Of a stretch of 64,000 nt of DNA, positions 29,277-38,681 are shown piece after piece. The translations under genes were made by a program, and so were the position numbers. Origin of the DNA: Candidatus Hodarchaeota archaeon (GTDB taxonomy: Archaea > Asgardarchaeota > Lokiarchaeia > Sigyniarchaeales > SOKP01); assembly GCA_048886685.1 (NCBI GenBank), contig JBHLKM010000001.1:64001-128000 (forward strand). Reading direction: 5' to 3'. Numbering within the stretch: the stretch's first letter is position 1; every line of letters starts with the position of its first letter. Below the pieces are notes generated by a model. The model saw nothing but the letters and a program-made list of their open reading frames with translations, was not told where the DNA came from and did not search any database.

Positions 29277-29818
29277 TTCTTCTTTTTTTTATCCTAATTA
29301 GATTTAATTTTCAAAAGACATTTTAGGCAATTATGTAATATATGAATTAATGAGTATTAAAAATTATCTCGCCTCATGTATTTAAGTCTTCTCTTAGATT
29401 GAAATCATTTCAGCCCTTTTTCTTTCGCTAATCAATATTATTAATCTAAAGGCACTATATTAATCTTCAGTCCTCATTTTATTGGTGAATTAGTAAATAT
29501 GTCAATCTGATCACACTAATTTATCTTTAAATAGAATTAGGTTAATTACTATTGAGCGATTTAATTTCGACTATAGAACAGAATTCGTAACATGCCGAGC
29601 TATAGCAATTTGTATCTCCACATGTTCATGTGCCCATTAGGGGAAATATCAGAGTACAATACTAATCTTAAATTGATTTTTAATCCCTGGATTAACTCTT
29701 AATGCTCTTGAGTGAAATAATGGGTATATAAATTCTCTAATTTAATATCAGATTAATAATTATATCCTAAAGGAATTGTGTTTGTTTTTTTAGATTTAAA
29801 ATAAGAAGTGTTAAAATT

Positions 29819-30769
29819 ATGACAAAAATATTGATCACTGGTAGGTGCGGTTTTATTGGTTCAAATTTAGTAGAAAACTTATGAGAGAATACTAATTGGA
29901 ATATTAATATATTAGATAATTTACACACGGGACGAATACAAGACATAAATAATTTGAAAGATTTTGGAAATAGAATAAAATTTTTTGAAGGATATATTAT
30001 TAATATTGAGGATATCTCAAGAACGATTGAAAACTGTGATTATGTTATTAACCTGGCAGGACAAACAAGTGTTACCGGTTCAGTAGAAAATCCTTTTGAA
30101 GATGAAAGTATCAATATAAGAGGATTTTTGAATATATTAAAATTAGCTGTTGATTTTAGAGTAAAAAAAGTAATTCAAGCATCCTCTTCCGCAGCTCTCG
30201 GCATTCAAAAAATGCCAATACACGAATTGAATGTTCCGCAACACGTTTCGCCTTATGGTGCTAGTAAATTAGCAGGAGAAGCTTATTGTAGTGTTTATTC
30301 TTATAATTATGGTTTAAATTGCGTTGCGCTACGGTTTTCAAATGTTTTTGATCCGAAATCTTACAATAAAGGCAATGTTATAGATAAATTTATTAAACAA
30401 ATCATTAAAGGAGAGAGTCTAACAGTCTATGGGGATGGCAATCAGACTCGAGATTTCATATATGTTAAAGATATCTGTGATGGAATTTTCCTTTCTTTGG
30501 TTAAAAAATTGTCTGGATTTAATATATTTCAACTAGGAACAGGAATAGAAACTTCAATAAATTCATTAATTACAGAATTATCACATATTTTAATTGAAGA
30601 AAATATTAGAATGCCAAATGTAATATATGTTGATAAAAGAAAAGGTGAAATAACTCACAACTATGTTGATAATTCAAAAGCAAAGGAAGTATTAGGATTT
30701 AAGGTAGAATATGGATTAAATGAGGGTCTTCAAAATACATTAAGATGGTTTTTGAATAATTACAAATAA
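29819..30769 (+). pseudogene. NAD-dependent nucleotide-sugar epimerase (GalE/WcaG-like) with in-frame TGA at 29882-29884
   Basis: MTKILITGRCGFIGSNLVENL*ENT... continues in frame into the listed 271-aa ORF; YGASK retained; TGGxG changed to TGRCG and NVxGP to NVFDP. Confidence 0.85.
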
Positions 30770-30925
30770 TTAAGCGATCTATTAAAATGTGAATAGTTCA
30801 AGGTTATACTGAGTTGTTATAATATGAATTATGAATTTCCTGGTATTTTAATTAAACTATTCTAAAACCTTAAATTATGAGCCCCTATTTGGCTTTAACT
30901 CATTGAGATTAGATAAAAACTTCAA

Positions 30926-31387
30926 TTAAACTTTTTGTCTTAGGTAAATTGCTTGTAGTCTAAAAGCTTGATAGATATGACCGATTGTGTGATGTATAAT
31001 GAATCCAAACCAATCTTCGTACGTCATTTCTCTCCCAAAAGGGGATTGAAAACTATTTTTAAGATCTTCTTCTTTAAATTTATTTCTGCCCTCTTCGTAT
31101 GCTTCAATTGCTTTATTAAACAATTCTAATAATTGTTCATGCAAAGGAGCAGTAGAATTAGGATCTAGTTTTATTGATATATCTTTATTATTTGCTTCAG
31201 GATTCAGCATTTTTTTCATTGCCCAATGACATAAGCTAATAGAATGTATAAATACATTGAGAGCCGTTTCTTCCCCTTCAAATAGCGGATTTTTCATGGA
31301 TTCCTCAAAATGATTATCCTTTCGCTTTTCAAACAAACTTTTAGCATAATCATATACAAACTTCAAAGATTTGATACTTTCTGGCAT
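30926..31387 (-). CDS. DinB/YfiT-superfamily protein (possible thiol S-transferase)
   Basis: Four-helix size; His in ALNVFIHS and HHTIGHIYQ give the DinB His-triad pattern. Confidence 0.7.
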   Translation of the reverse strand: MPESIKSLKFVYDYAKSLFEKRKDNHFEESMKNPLFEGEETALNVFIHSISLCHWAMKKMLNPEANNKDISIKLDPNSTAPLHEQLLELFNKAIEAYEEGRNKFKEEDLKNSFQSPFGREMTYEDWFGFIIHHTIGHIYQAFRLQAIYLRQKV

Positions 31388-31446
31388 AATTTTTAATAAA
31401 GGATGTGAAGTTTAAAAATTTTTAGAAATCTAATTAAAAAGTCTAA

Positions 31447-32508
31447 ATGCAAAAGTTTTTTAAAGATTCTAATGAGATCTTTTACAATATTAAAAACCTT
31501 AACATCAAGATTAATAGGAAATTGGACTATATAATGGATAAATTCAATCTAATCAAAAAAGTCTTAAAAAAAGAACCCACCGAAAGAGTCCCCTATGCAA
31601 TTTGGAAACATTTTCCTGAATTTGATAAAACTCCTGAAGGACTTTTAAAAGCGCAGATGTCTTTTCAAAATAAGTTCGATTCCGATATTATGAAAATCTC
31701 AATCTCAGGTCGTGCTTTTGCTTTTGACTTTGGAGCAGAATTAGGAGGATATGATCCAGCATCAGGTTCAAGGATTTGTGTGAAGTATCCAATAGAAAAG
31801 ATAGAGGATTGGGAAAAAATTAAGAACATTGATATAGAGAGTGGTGAGTTTGGAAATCAAATTAAAGTAATGAAACTTATTCACCAGGAAGTTGATGGAA
31901 AAATACCCACCATGATGACCGTTTTCTCTCCTTTAATGGTAGCATCCCAAATTGATCCCAATATAATTCTGCATTATAGAAAGGATCCTCAATTAATTAG
32001 AGAACACTTTAAGATAATTATTTCAGTTATGACAGAGTTTACAAAAGCCTCTCTCGATGCGGGGGCTAATGGTATATTTTTGGCTACACAACATTTTAAC
32101 AATAGACTAACCGATAAAGAGAGATTAGAATTAGCATTTACACCAATGAAAAACATAATAAAAAAAACTATAAAAAAGAATAATTTTCTAGTCCTACATC
32201 TTCACGGAGTCAATCCTGATTACGATTTGGCAACCAAACTACCTGTAGACGCGATTAACTGGCATGATCAGCAAACGCCACCAACCCTTTCCGAAGCAAG
32301 GCAAATCTTTAAAGGAGGACTTCTCGGAGGATTAAATGCAGAATCATGGAAAGATATATCTGATCTCTCAGAAGTTTCACGAATGATCTCATCCGTTTAC
32401 AAAAATTTCGATGGTTCAGGATTAATATTTGCACCCGGTTGTGTCATTCCCCAGTTTATAAGTGATCCTATAATAGAGATGGCAGTGAAAACCATTCAAA
32501 ATCTCTAG
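31447..32508 (+). CDS. Uroporphyrinogen decarboxylase/MtaA-like family protein (likely start 31534)
   Basis: RVPYAIWKHF, TVFSP, VLHLHG, INWH, LLGGL, IFAPGC. Confidence 0.82.
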   Translation: MQKFFKDSNEIFYNIKNLNIKINRKLDYIMDKFNLIKKVLKKEPTERVPYAIWKHFPEFDKTPEGLLKAQMSFQNKFDSDIMKISISGRAFAFDFGAELGGYDPASGSRICVKYPIEKIEDWEKIKNIDIESGEFGNQIKVMKLIHQEVDGKIPTMMTVFSPLMVASQIDPNIILHYRKDPQLIREHFKIIISVMTEFTKASLDAGANGIFLATQHFNNRLTDKERLELAFTPMKNIIKKTIKKNNFLVLHLHGVNPDYDLATKLPVDAINWHDQQTPPTLSEARQIFKGGLLGGLNAESWKDISDLSEVSRMISSVYKNFDGSGLIFAPGCVIPQFISDPIIEMAVKTIQNL

Positions 32509-32626
32509 CAAACTTTTCAATAAATAATTAGGGTAGGATTCATAGTATCAATTATTCAAAGAATAGATATTTTTTGGAAAGCAAACTAATACTAAGAAAG
32601 AAAAATATTCTAAGTGTGAATTACGA

Positions 32627-33610
32627 GTGCAAAAATATATTACAGAGTATATCAATGATGATACTTCACTAAAATCGAAATATAAGGGTCCGAAATTTGA
32701 TGCCCATGTTCATTTAGGGAGTATAGACAGTATTCATAATTTAATTAAGTTTAGAGAAGAGTTTAATATCAAAAAATCAGTTGGTATCGTCTGGGGGGAT
32801 GTTTATGACGAATTTGAAACAAAATTTCCTGATAAATTTGTCTTAGCTAAGTATTTTAGAAGTAGGCAGCTTTTTAGTGCAAAACCAGACCTTAAATTAA
32901 CGTTAGATTTAATTGAAAAGATTTATCAGCAAGGATTTCCAGTTGTTAAATTCTGGTTTGGACCGCGAGTAAGAGATTTTGTAAAAGAACAATATAAAAT
33001 TGATCCCCCAATAATTCGATTAACTGATCCTTTTTTTAAGTCAATATTTTCCAAGATAGAAGAATTAGGACTAATTTTATTAATTCATGTTAGTGATCCA
33101 GATCTTTGGTACGAGAAAGTATATCAACCAGTTAGCCGATATGGCACTAAAAGAGAACACATTGATGATTTTGAGGAGATTTTATCAAGTTTTCCTAATT
33201 TAAAGGTACAACAAGCGCATTTTGGGAGTCAACCAGAAGATCTAGAAAATCTTGCGAGGTGGCTTGAGTTATATCCAAATTATCATATTGATACTTCTTC
33301 AGCAAGATGGATGGCACGTGAGCTTGGAAGGTATCCTGAAAAAGCAAGAGAGTTTCTAATTAAATATTCAGATAAAATTCTTTTTGGGACAGATATTGTG
33401 CAAGATCGACACAAACCAATTTCAGATTATTATCGGACTCGTTATTTTACATTCCAAGCTATTTTAGAAACCCCATGTCGGAATATTCCATTACCTTTTC
33501 CTGATCCAGAGAATGATAATAATACAAAAATCAATGGCTTGGATCTTCCTCTTGATGTCTTAAAGAAGATTTATTGGGAAAATGCGAATAAGTTCTTCAA
33601 ACTAAAATGA
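32627..33610 (+). CDS. Amidohydrolase_2 family metallohydrolase
   Basis: DAHVH, LIHVSDP, AHFG, IDTS, LFGTD, YWENA. Confidence 0.88.
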   Translation: MQKYITEYINDDTSLKSKYKGPKFDAHVHLGSIDSIHNLIKFREEFNIKKSVGIVWGDVYDEFETKFPDKFVLAKYFRSRQLFSAKPDLKLTLDLIEKIYQQGFPVVKFWFGPRVRDFVKEQYKIDPPIIRLTDPFFKSIFSKIEELGLILLIHVSDPDLWYEKVYQPVSRYGTKREHIDDFEEILSSFPNLKVQQAHFGSQPEDLENLARWLELYPNYHIDTSSARWMARELGRYPEKAREFLIKYSDKILFGTDIVQDRHKPISDYYRTRYFTFQAILETPCRNIPLPFPDPENDNNTKINGLDLPLDVLKKIYWENANKFFKLK

Positions 33611-33618
33611 CTTACACA

Positions 33619-35328
33619 TTACAAGAAGATTTCTATTCCAGGAGGAAGCCATGGTTTGTAAATTCGAAAGTAATCATTAAAGAAATTAGATAACCCATTT
33701 TTCAAACATAAATCCATCCAGTGAAAAATTGCCTCTTGTCCGTGTTTTTCCTTAGCGATTTTTCCGAACATATTGCTTAAATAACTTGAAATGATATTTT
33801 TATTCTCTGGAGCAATATCAATTGATTTGATATCTACTAAGACATTTTCGATTTGCCTCATATATGATTGAAAATTATTTAAAATTTCTAACATTTCTGC
33901 CCTTTCCGGAACAGATTCTTTAAATTTATTGATCAACTTATTATATTTCCCAAGATTATTCATTAGACCTTTGATATTTTCTAAAAAGTATGGAATATTT
34001 AATTTGATGATTTCTTGTTCTAATTTTCTAGTGATAAATGTATTCATTGTTATCTTATTATAAAAATATATAACAGGTAGAGAAATATTCTTATCAAAAC
34101 GCCTAATCAATGGGATTCCCATTGTGTAATATCTTGTTTCGCCTGTGCCAGCAATATGTATTGCTGGCTGGATAGTTTTTGAAACCAAATATTGTCGGGA
34201 TTCAACTCTAGGAGTCAGATAGGGAACATGCTCAGAAAGATCAGGATTATGCTTTTCAAGGCTAAAATCAATTAAATTCCCGCAATGATTGCATTTACAT
34301 TTCACATGGATCATGGATGTATAATCTTCACAAGATAGTTCCATTCTATGGCAGGAGCACTGTTCATTAATGCATTCATAGAAAAAAGGGACAAAATCGT
34401 GTCTAATATCTCTTAAGGAAGGACGAATATTGCGTTCTTTGAACTCTTTGTTTAAATCTATATAAGTCTCAACATACCTGGGTTGATTCTCCAACAAAGT
34501 TTCATAGAATGGTGTTAGTAGCTTCTTAAATTCTAAGTCTGAAGCGGCTATAAATAAATATCCTTGATCGAAAATAATGTTGGAGATTGTCCCTATTATG
34601 TTGATAAACCAATCTGTATAATTCTCTGCATTATTGTGTGCGATTTTAATCAGCCGAAGCGCTTCCTCTAACCGTTCTTCTAATAGTTTTTTATGCCAAT
34701 TATCATCTAAACAAGAATTAATAGAATTAATATATTTTTTTCTTATTTCTTGAAATTGTTCCAAGAGATAAGATACAGATGGTAGTGGAAGATTCCTAAT
34801 TCTCATATTTAAATATTCTTTTTCTATTTCAGGCTTTATTGAAATAGAAAACCCATTGGGTGAGTCGCTTTGTGAAAATTTAGTTTTAATTAGTTCTGAA
34901 TGGACCTTATCATAATCAGCAACATAGAAAATTGGAATTATAGAATTATCTAGCTTTGCAAGGGCTGCACCACATGCGATTTTGTTAAAAAGAAATCTTT
35001 CCCCACCTAAAAATTTAGGTTGGTGCGAAACTTCTAAACTCATACTATTACTATCAGTAAGAAAACTTTCCAAATGCCTCTTAGCTTTTTCAGTTAGTAG
35101 ATTATATTTCTTATTTGTATTTTCATAAATTTTTCCTAATGCTAGTTTTATTTCATTATGATCTTTTTTCTTTTCTATTTCTCTGTTTATTTTTTTGGCA
35201 AGGAAGATGGCATCGTTCATTGATTGGGGTATAATACCATTCATACCTTTAGAAATCCATGATTCTTGTCCTTTTAAAGCATATAACAGGTAATACTTTA
35301 ATGGATCTTCGAGTTTATTGTTTGACAT
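33619..35328 (-). CDS. bshC: BshC-like (bacillithiol cysteine-adding) ligase with a Cys-rich insert
   Basis: SHQPKFLGG..FNKI...LAK...IIPIFYVADYD resembles BshC GQQ..L.GP...KI...PIFWVA.ED; PAIHIAGTGETRY resembles P.LAFIAGPGE..Y; C-terminal helical region and GQEA resembling QER. Confidence 0.75.
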   Translation of the reverse strand: MSNNKLEDPLKYYLLYALKGQESWISKGMNGIIPQSMNDAIFLAKKINREIEKKKDHNEIKLALGKIYENTNKKYNLLTEKAKRHLESFLTDSNSMSLEVSHQPKFLGGERFLFNKIACGAALAKLDNSIIPIFYVADYDKVHSELIKTKFSQSDSPNGFSISIKPEIEKEYLNMRIRNLPLPSVSYLLEQFQEIRKKYINSINSCLDDNWHKKLLEERLEEALRLIKIAHNNAENYTDWFINIIGTISNIIFDQGYLFIAASDLEFKKLLTPFYETLLENQPRYVETYIDLNKEFKERNIRPSLRDIRHDFVPFFYECINEQCSCHRMELSCEDYTSMIHVKCKCNHCGNLIDFSLEKHNPDLSEHVPYLTPRVESRQYLVSKTIQPAIHIAGTGETRYYTMGIPLIRRFDKNISLPVIYFYNKITMNTFITRKLEQEIIKLNIPYFLENIKGLMNNLGKYNKLINKFKESVPERAEMLEILNNFQSYMRQIENVLVDIKSIDIAPENKNIISSYLSNMFGKIAKEKHGQEAIFHWMDLCLKNGLSNFFNDYFRIYKPWLPPGIEIFL

Positions 35329-35334
35329 CTCTAC

Positions 35335-36030
35335 TTAACCTAAAATTGTATCAAAATCCACCATTAAATATTCAGAAGTAATAAATCCTTCTGCGTACTT
35401 TACTCCAATTTGATATCCTAAATATCCTGCACGTTCTCTTATATAATCAAAAATCCTTAAATACTTTTTATTATCTACAAACTGTGATTTATAGGCCCTA
35501 ATAGAATTTACTTTTTCTTCGATAGAATCAGAAATATCGATTAAAAAGTCCAATTTTCGATTACTATCCTTTAAATGTGAATGATCAAAATAAAAAACAA
35601 ACTTAGGGGAATATTCAGGATATCTGGATTCAGTTTTTGTTAGTCTTGCTTGAAATTTGGCTGCATTTACAAGCTGATGGCAAACTATATGGTCGGGGTG
35701 CCAATCGTCAGAGGGGTGGGTAATAAGAATATTTGGTTTATATTTTCTAATCACTTCAGAAACTTTTTTTCTATTCTCAATTGTATTTTCAATATATCTA
35801 TTCGTCATATCTAGAGTAATTCTTATATCCAGATTTAAAATTTCAGAAGCTGCTTTCGCTTCAGCCAGTCTTTTTTCAACAGTGCCAAATGGGGTCGGTT
35901 CTCCATTTGATAGATCTAAAAGCCCTATTTTTTTCCCTCTTTTCTTATAATGGGCAATAGTTCCTCCGCATCCAATTTCTGCATCATCTGGATGAGCTCC
36001 GATCACTAAAATATCTAATTTAAGGTCCAT
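35335..36030 (-). CDS. bshB1: BshB1-like PIG-L/LmbE N-acetylglucosaminide deacetylase
   Basis: GAHPDDAEIGCGGT, DLSNGE, RLAEA, HPDH, AYKSQF, YAEGF. Confidence 0.88.
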   Translation of the reverse strand: MDLKLDILVIGAHPDDAEIGCGGTIAHYKKRGKKIGLLDLSNGEPTPFGTVEKRLAEAKAASEILNLDIRITLDMTNRYIENTIENRKKVSEVIRKYKPNILITHPSDDWHPDHIVCHQLVNAAKFQARLTKTESRYPEYSPKFVFYFDHSHLKDSNRKLDFLIDISDSIEEKVNSIRAYKSQFVDNKKYLRIFDYIRERAGYLGYQIGVKYAEGFITSEYLMVDFDTILG

Positions 36031-36039
36031 TTTAACCTA

Positions 36040-36942
36040 CTAAGTTTCTAGTTCTCTAATTTGTGTGAAAATTGAATCTTGTATTTTTTTAAAGTTATAT
36101 TTATTAATATCATCCACACTATTGAAATAATTTGAGAAAATTGATTTAAAAGTATTAATATTTGTTTTTAAATGAACATTCAATAGTGATTCAATTAAAT
36201 GAATGTATCTTTCGATTCTTTCTTCTCCCTTTTTAAATAAAAAACTATCTTTAGCATTTTTTAAAATTAAATCTCTATCTTTATATATAACAGGAACTCC
36301 TTTTTCAACAATTTTATATCCTTTTTTCATTGATTTAATCCAAATTTCGATAGGTATTTCATATCCGATTACTTCTAATTCCAAATTATTGATTGCATTA
36401 CATTCATAGGCCTTTAATCCGCAAAAAGCATCTGTAATAGAAAGTCCAATAGTATTGAGAATTCCTGTGATGATTGTATTAACTAGAAATCTATCTTTCC
36501 ATGGTTTCTGCCAGAATAGGTCTGCATTTTTATACCTTGAACCAGAAATAATTTGCTCTGATGGTTTTTCAAGGATTACTTCAATAAACTTATAAAAACA
36601 TTTAGGTTCATGTTGACCATCCATATCAAACGATATTACCCAGGAAAAGTTATTTTTTTTAGCGTATTTAAAACCGTATATAAGTGTGTAGCCATAACCT
36701 TGATTTTCTTCAAAGTTAATAAGAGTAAAAAAGGAATCTTGATTGTTTTTATCCAAAATTTGCATGGTTCTATCAGTAGAACCATCATTGATGATAAGGA
36801 TTTCTAGTTTTAATTCATTTCTATTCTTTAAGTTTTGCTTTACATGACGGAGATGTTCTAAGATATGCTTAATGTTTTCTTCTTCATTGAAACACGGGAT
36901 AAGTAAAAGAATGTTAATTTTATCTTCAGAAATGTCGAACAA
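36040..36942 (-). CDS. Glycosyltransferase family 2 (DPM1-like)
   Basis: IPCFNEE, NDGSTD, NQGYG, DMDGQH, SGSR, TDAFCGLKAY. Confidence 0.9.
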   Translation of the reverse strand: MFDISEDKINILLLIPCFNEEENIKHILEHLRHVKQNLKNRNELKLEILIINDGSTDRTMQILDKNNQDSFFTLINFEENQGYGYTLIYGFKYAKKNNFSWVISFDMDGQHEPKCFYKFIEVILEKPSEQIISGSRYKNADLFWQKPWKDRFLVNTIITGILNTIGLSITDAFCGLKAYECNAINNLELEVIGYEIPIEIWIKSMKKGYKIVEKGVPVIYKDRDLILKNAKDSFLFKKGEERIERYIHLIESLLNVHLKTNINTFKSIFSNYFNSVDDINKYNFKKIQDSIFTQIRELET

Positions 36943-37179
36943 CCCATTATACTTTATGAATCTTCATTGAAACAACACATCTAAATTTTTTTAAATTGTT
37001 GATTATGATTTATTAAAAACACTTGATATTCATAAAATGTGAAATTTCTCTCTTAGAAGATTTTTCTTATTCATAAAGCAAAATTAAAAAAATCTCCAGT
37101 TTAGATCATACCTAAGATTTAATTAATAAATTTGCGATACTTAAATCTTATATCAGTATTATAAATTAAGAGGAAAAAA

Positions 37180-38124
37180 ATGTTCAATATTGAGATGGAT
37201 AATATTGATTTAGATAAGACTTTCGATCTCATTGTTTTAGGAGGAGGTCCCACAGCAATAGGGTGCGCTATTTATGCCGCAAGGTTCGCGATGGATGTAC
37301 TGATTATTGGAAAAACTTTTGGTGGCTTAATTGCTACAACGCATTTAGTTGAAAATTATCCCGGCATTGCGTCTATTAGCGGTCAAGAGCTAATGGAATT
37401 GTTCAGAGAGCATATGAATTCACTTAATATCCCTTATATTTCAGATGAGATACGAAGCATAGATAAAGTTGATGATCATTTTGAACTCCATTCTTTCTTT
37501 CAAAAATTTAATGCTTATTCAATTTGTATAGCAACAGGTTCAGATCGGAAAAAACTTGGAATTCCTGGAGAAGATAATTTTGCTGGGAGAGGTGTCTCTT
37601 ATTGCGCCACATGTGATGGTCCATTTTATGCAGGCAAAGTCGTTTGCGTAATTGGAGGGAGTGATTCTGCTGCCAAGGAAGCTTTATTTTTAGCTCAAAA
37701 TGTTGAAAAAGTTTATATTATCTACCGTGGCAAAGAAATACGAGCTGAACCTATAAACAAGCAGAGAGTCTATGACAATGATAAAATTGAAATTATTTAT
37801 GAAACAAATATAGTAGAAATCAAAGGAGATACAACAGTATCTTCAGTTGTTTTTGATAACGGCAAGGAATTTGAGGTAGATGGTGTTTTTATAGAAATTG
37901 GCTCTATTCCAAACTCAGATTTAGCAAAACGGATTGGGGTAAAAACAAATGAAAGGGGTGAAATCATAATTAACCGTAAGTCAGAGACTAATATTCCCGG
38001 GATTTTCGCTGCAGGAGATGTTGCTGACGCTCCATTTAAGCAAGCAATTACGGGAGTTTCCGAGGGTGTAATAGCAGCATATTCTGCTTTTGATTATGTT
38101 AAAGAAATGAATATCGAATATTAA
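37180..38124 (+). CDS. trxB: Thioredoxin reductase
   Basis: GGGP, VENYPG, GRGVSYCATCDG, FAAGD. Confidence 0.95.
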   Translation: MFNIEMDNIDLDKTFDLIVLGGGPTAIGCAIYAARFAMDVLIIGKTFGGLIATTHLVENYPGIASISGQELMELFREHMNSLNIPYISDEIRSIDKVDDHFELHSFFQKFNAYSICIATGSDRKKLGIPGEDNFAGRGVSYCATCDGPFYAGKVVCVIGGSDSAAKEALFLAQNVEKVYIIYRGKEIRAEPINKQRVYDNDKIEIIYETNIVEIKGDTTVSSVVFDNGKEFEVDGVFIEIGSIPNSDLAKRIGVKTNERGEIIINRKSETNIPGIFAAGDVADAPFKQAITGVSEGVIAAYSAFDYVKEMNIEY

Positions 38125-38183
38125 CTTGGTTAAATGAGTTAGAATAATTTTGTTAAAATAAAAAATATGAAAAGAAAAAAGGT

Positions 38184-38507
38184 TTATTCAATTTTTACAT
38201 CTATACTATGATACTCGGACTCTTTAAAAGGTACCTCAATCTTTAGAAGCCCTTGATTATAAGTTGCTTTAGCTTCTTCCGGTTTTACAGCACAACAGAT
38301 GGAAAAACTACCAATATAAATAGTATCCTCAGTTTCTCCTTTTATAAAGAAACTATCGTCATGCATTTTAAGTTTAATAGTATCTTTCTCTACTCCCGGC
38401 AGTTGTATTTCGATTTTATAAGTTTCACTGTCATCATCAGCCCAAGAACATACTTCTGGTGAGGTTAAAAATTTATCTTCTTCTTTAACTTCTTCCATTT
38501 CTTTCAC
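38184..38507 (-). CDS. Small heat-shock protein (Hsp20)
   Basis: IQLPGVEK, AKATYNQGLLKIEVP. Confidence 0.9.
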   Translation of the reverse strand: MKEMEEVKEEDKFLTSPEVCSWADDDSETYKIEIQLPGVEKDTIKLKMHDDSFFIKGETEDTIYIGSFSICCAVKPEEAKATYNQGLLKIEVPFKESEYHSIDVKIE

Positions 38508-38681
38508 TTTAGCTTTTTATATTATAATATTATTTCTTATTAGTACCATCCAAAATAGTTGATTTAAAAGTCCTCTCTATAGACTATCAAAGAAAAAACA
38601 AATTTCACTTAATAACTAAAATGAAAATTCATTTCATTTTTAATTTATAAAATATCAATGATATTGACAGAAAAGAAATTG

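Noticed and set aside
28440-29818. Short coding-like stretches in the intergenic DNA around the pseudo-GTPase (e.g. FHENFDYHEVIKAINVREE near 28543-28647)
   Set aside because: They are interrupted by stops and no family was recognised; possibly decayed genes, but not supportable.
29882-29884. In-frame TGA as possible selenocysteine (Lokiarchaeia use Sec)
   Set aside because: It lies in the helix after the Rossmann motif where a hydrophobic residue, not Cys, is expected, and other inactivating changes accompany it, so a nonsense mutation is more likely. No in-frame TGA was noticed at Cys positions of the redox genes.
37180-38124. trxB as a dedicated bacillithiol-disulfide reductase (YpdA/Bdr)
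   Set aside because: It has the canonical CATC redox motif of ordinary thioredoxin reductases, and the nearby PDOs are the more likely substrates.
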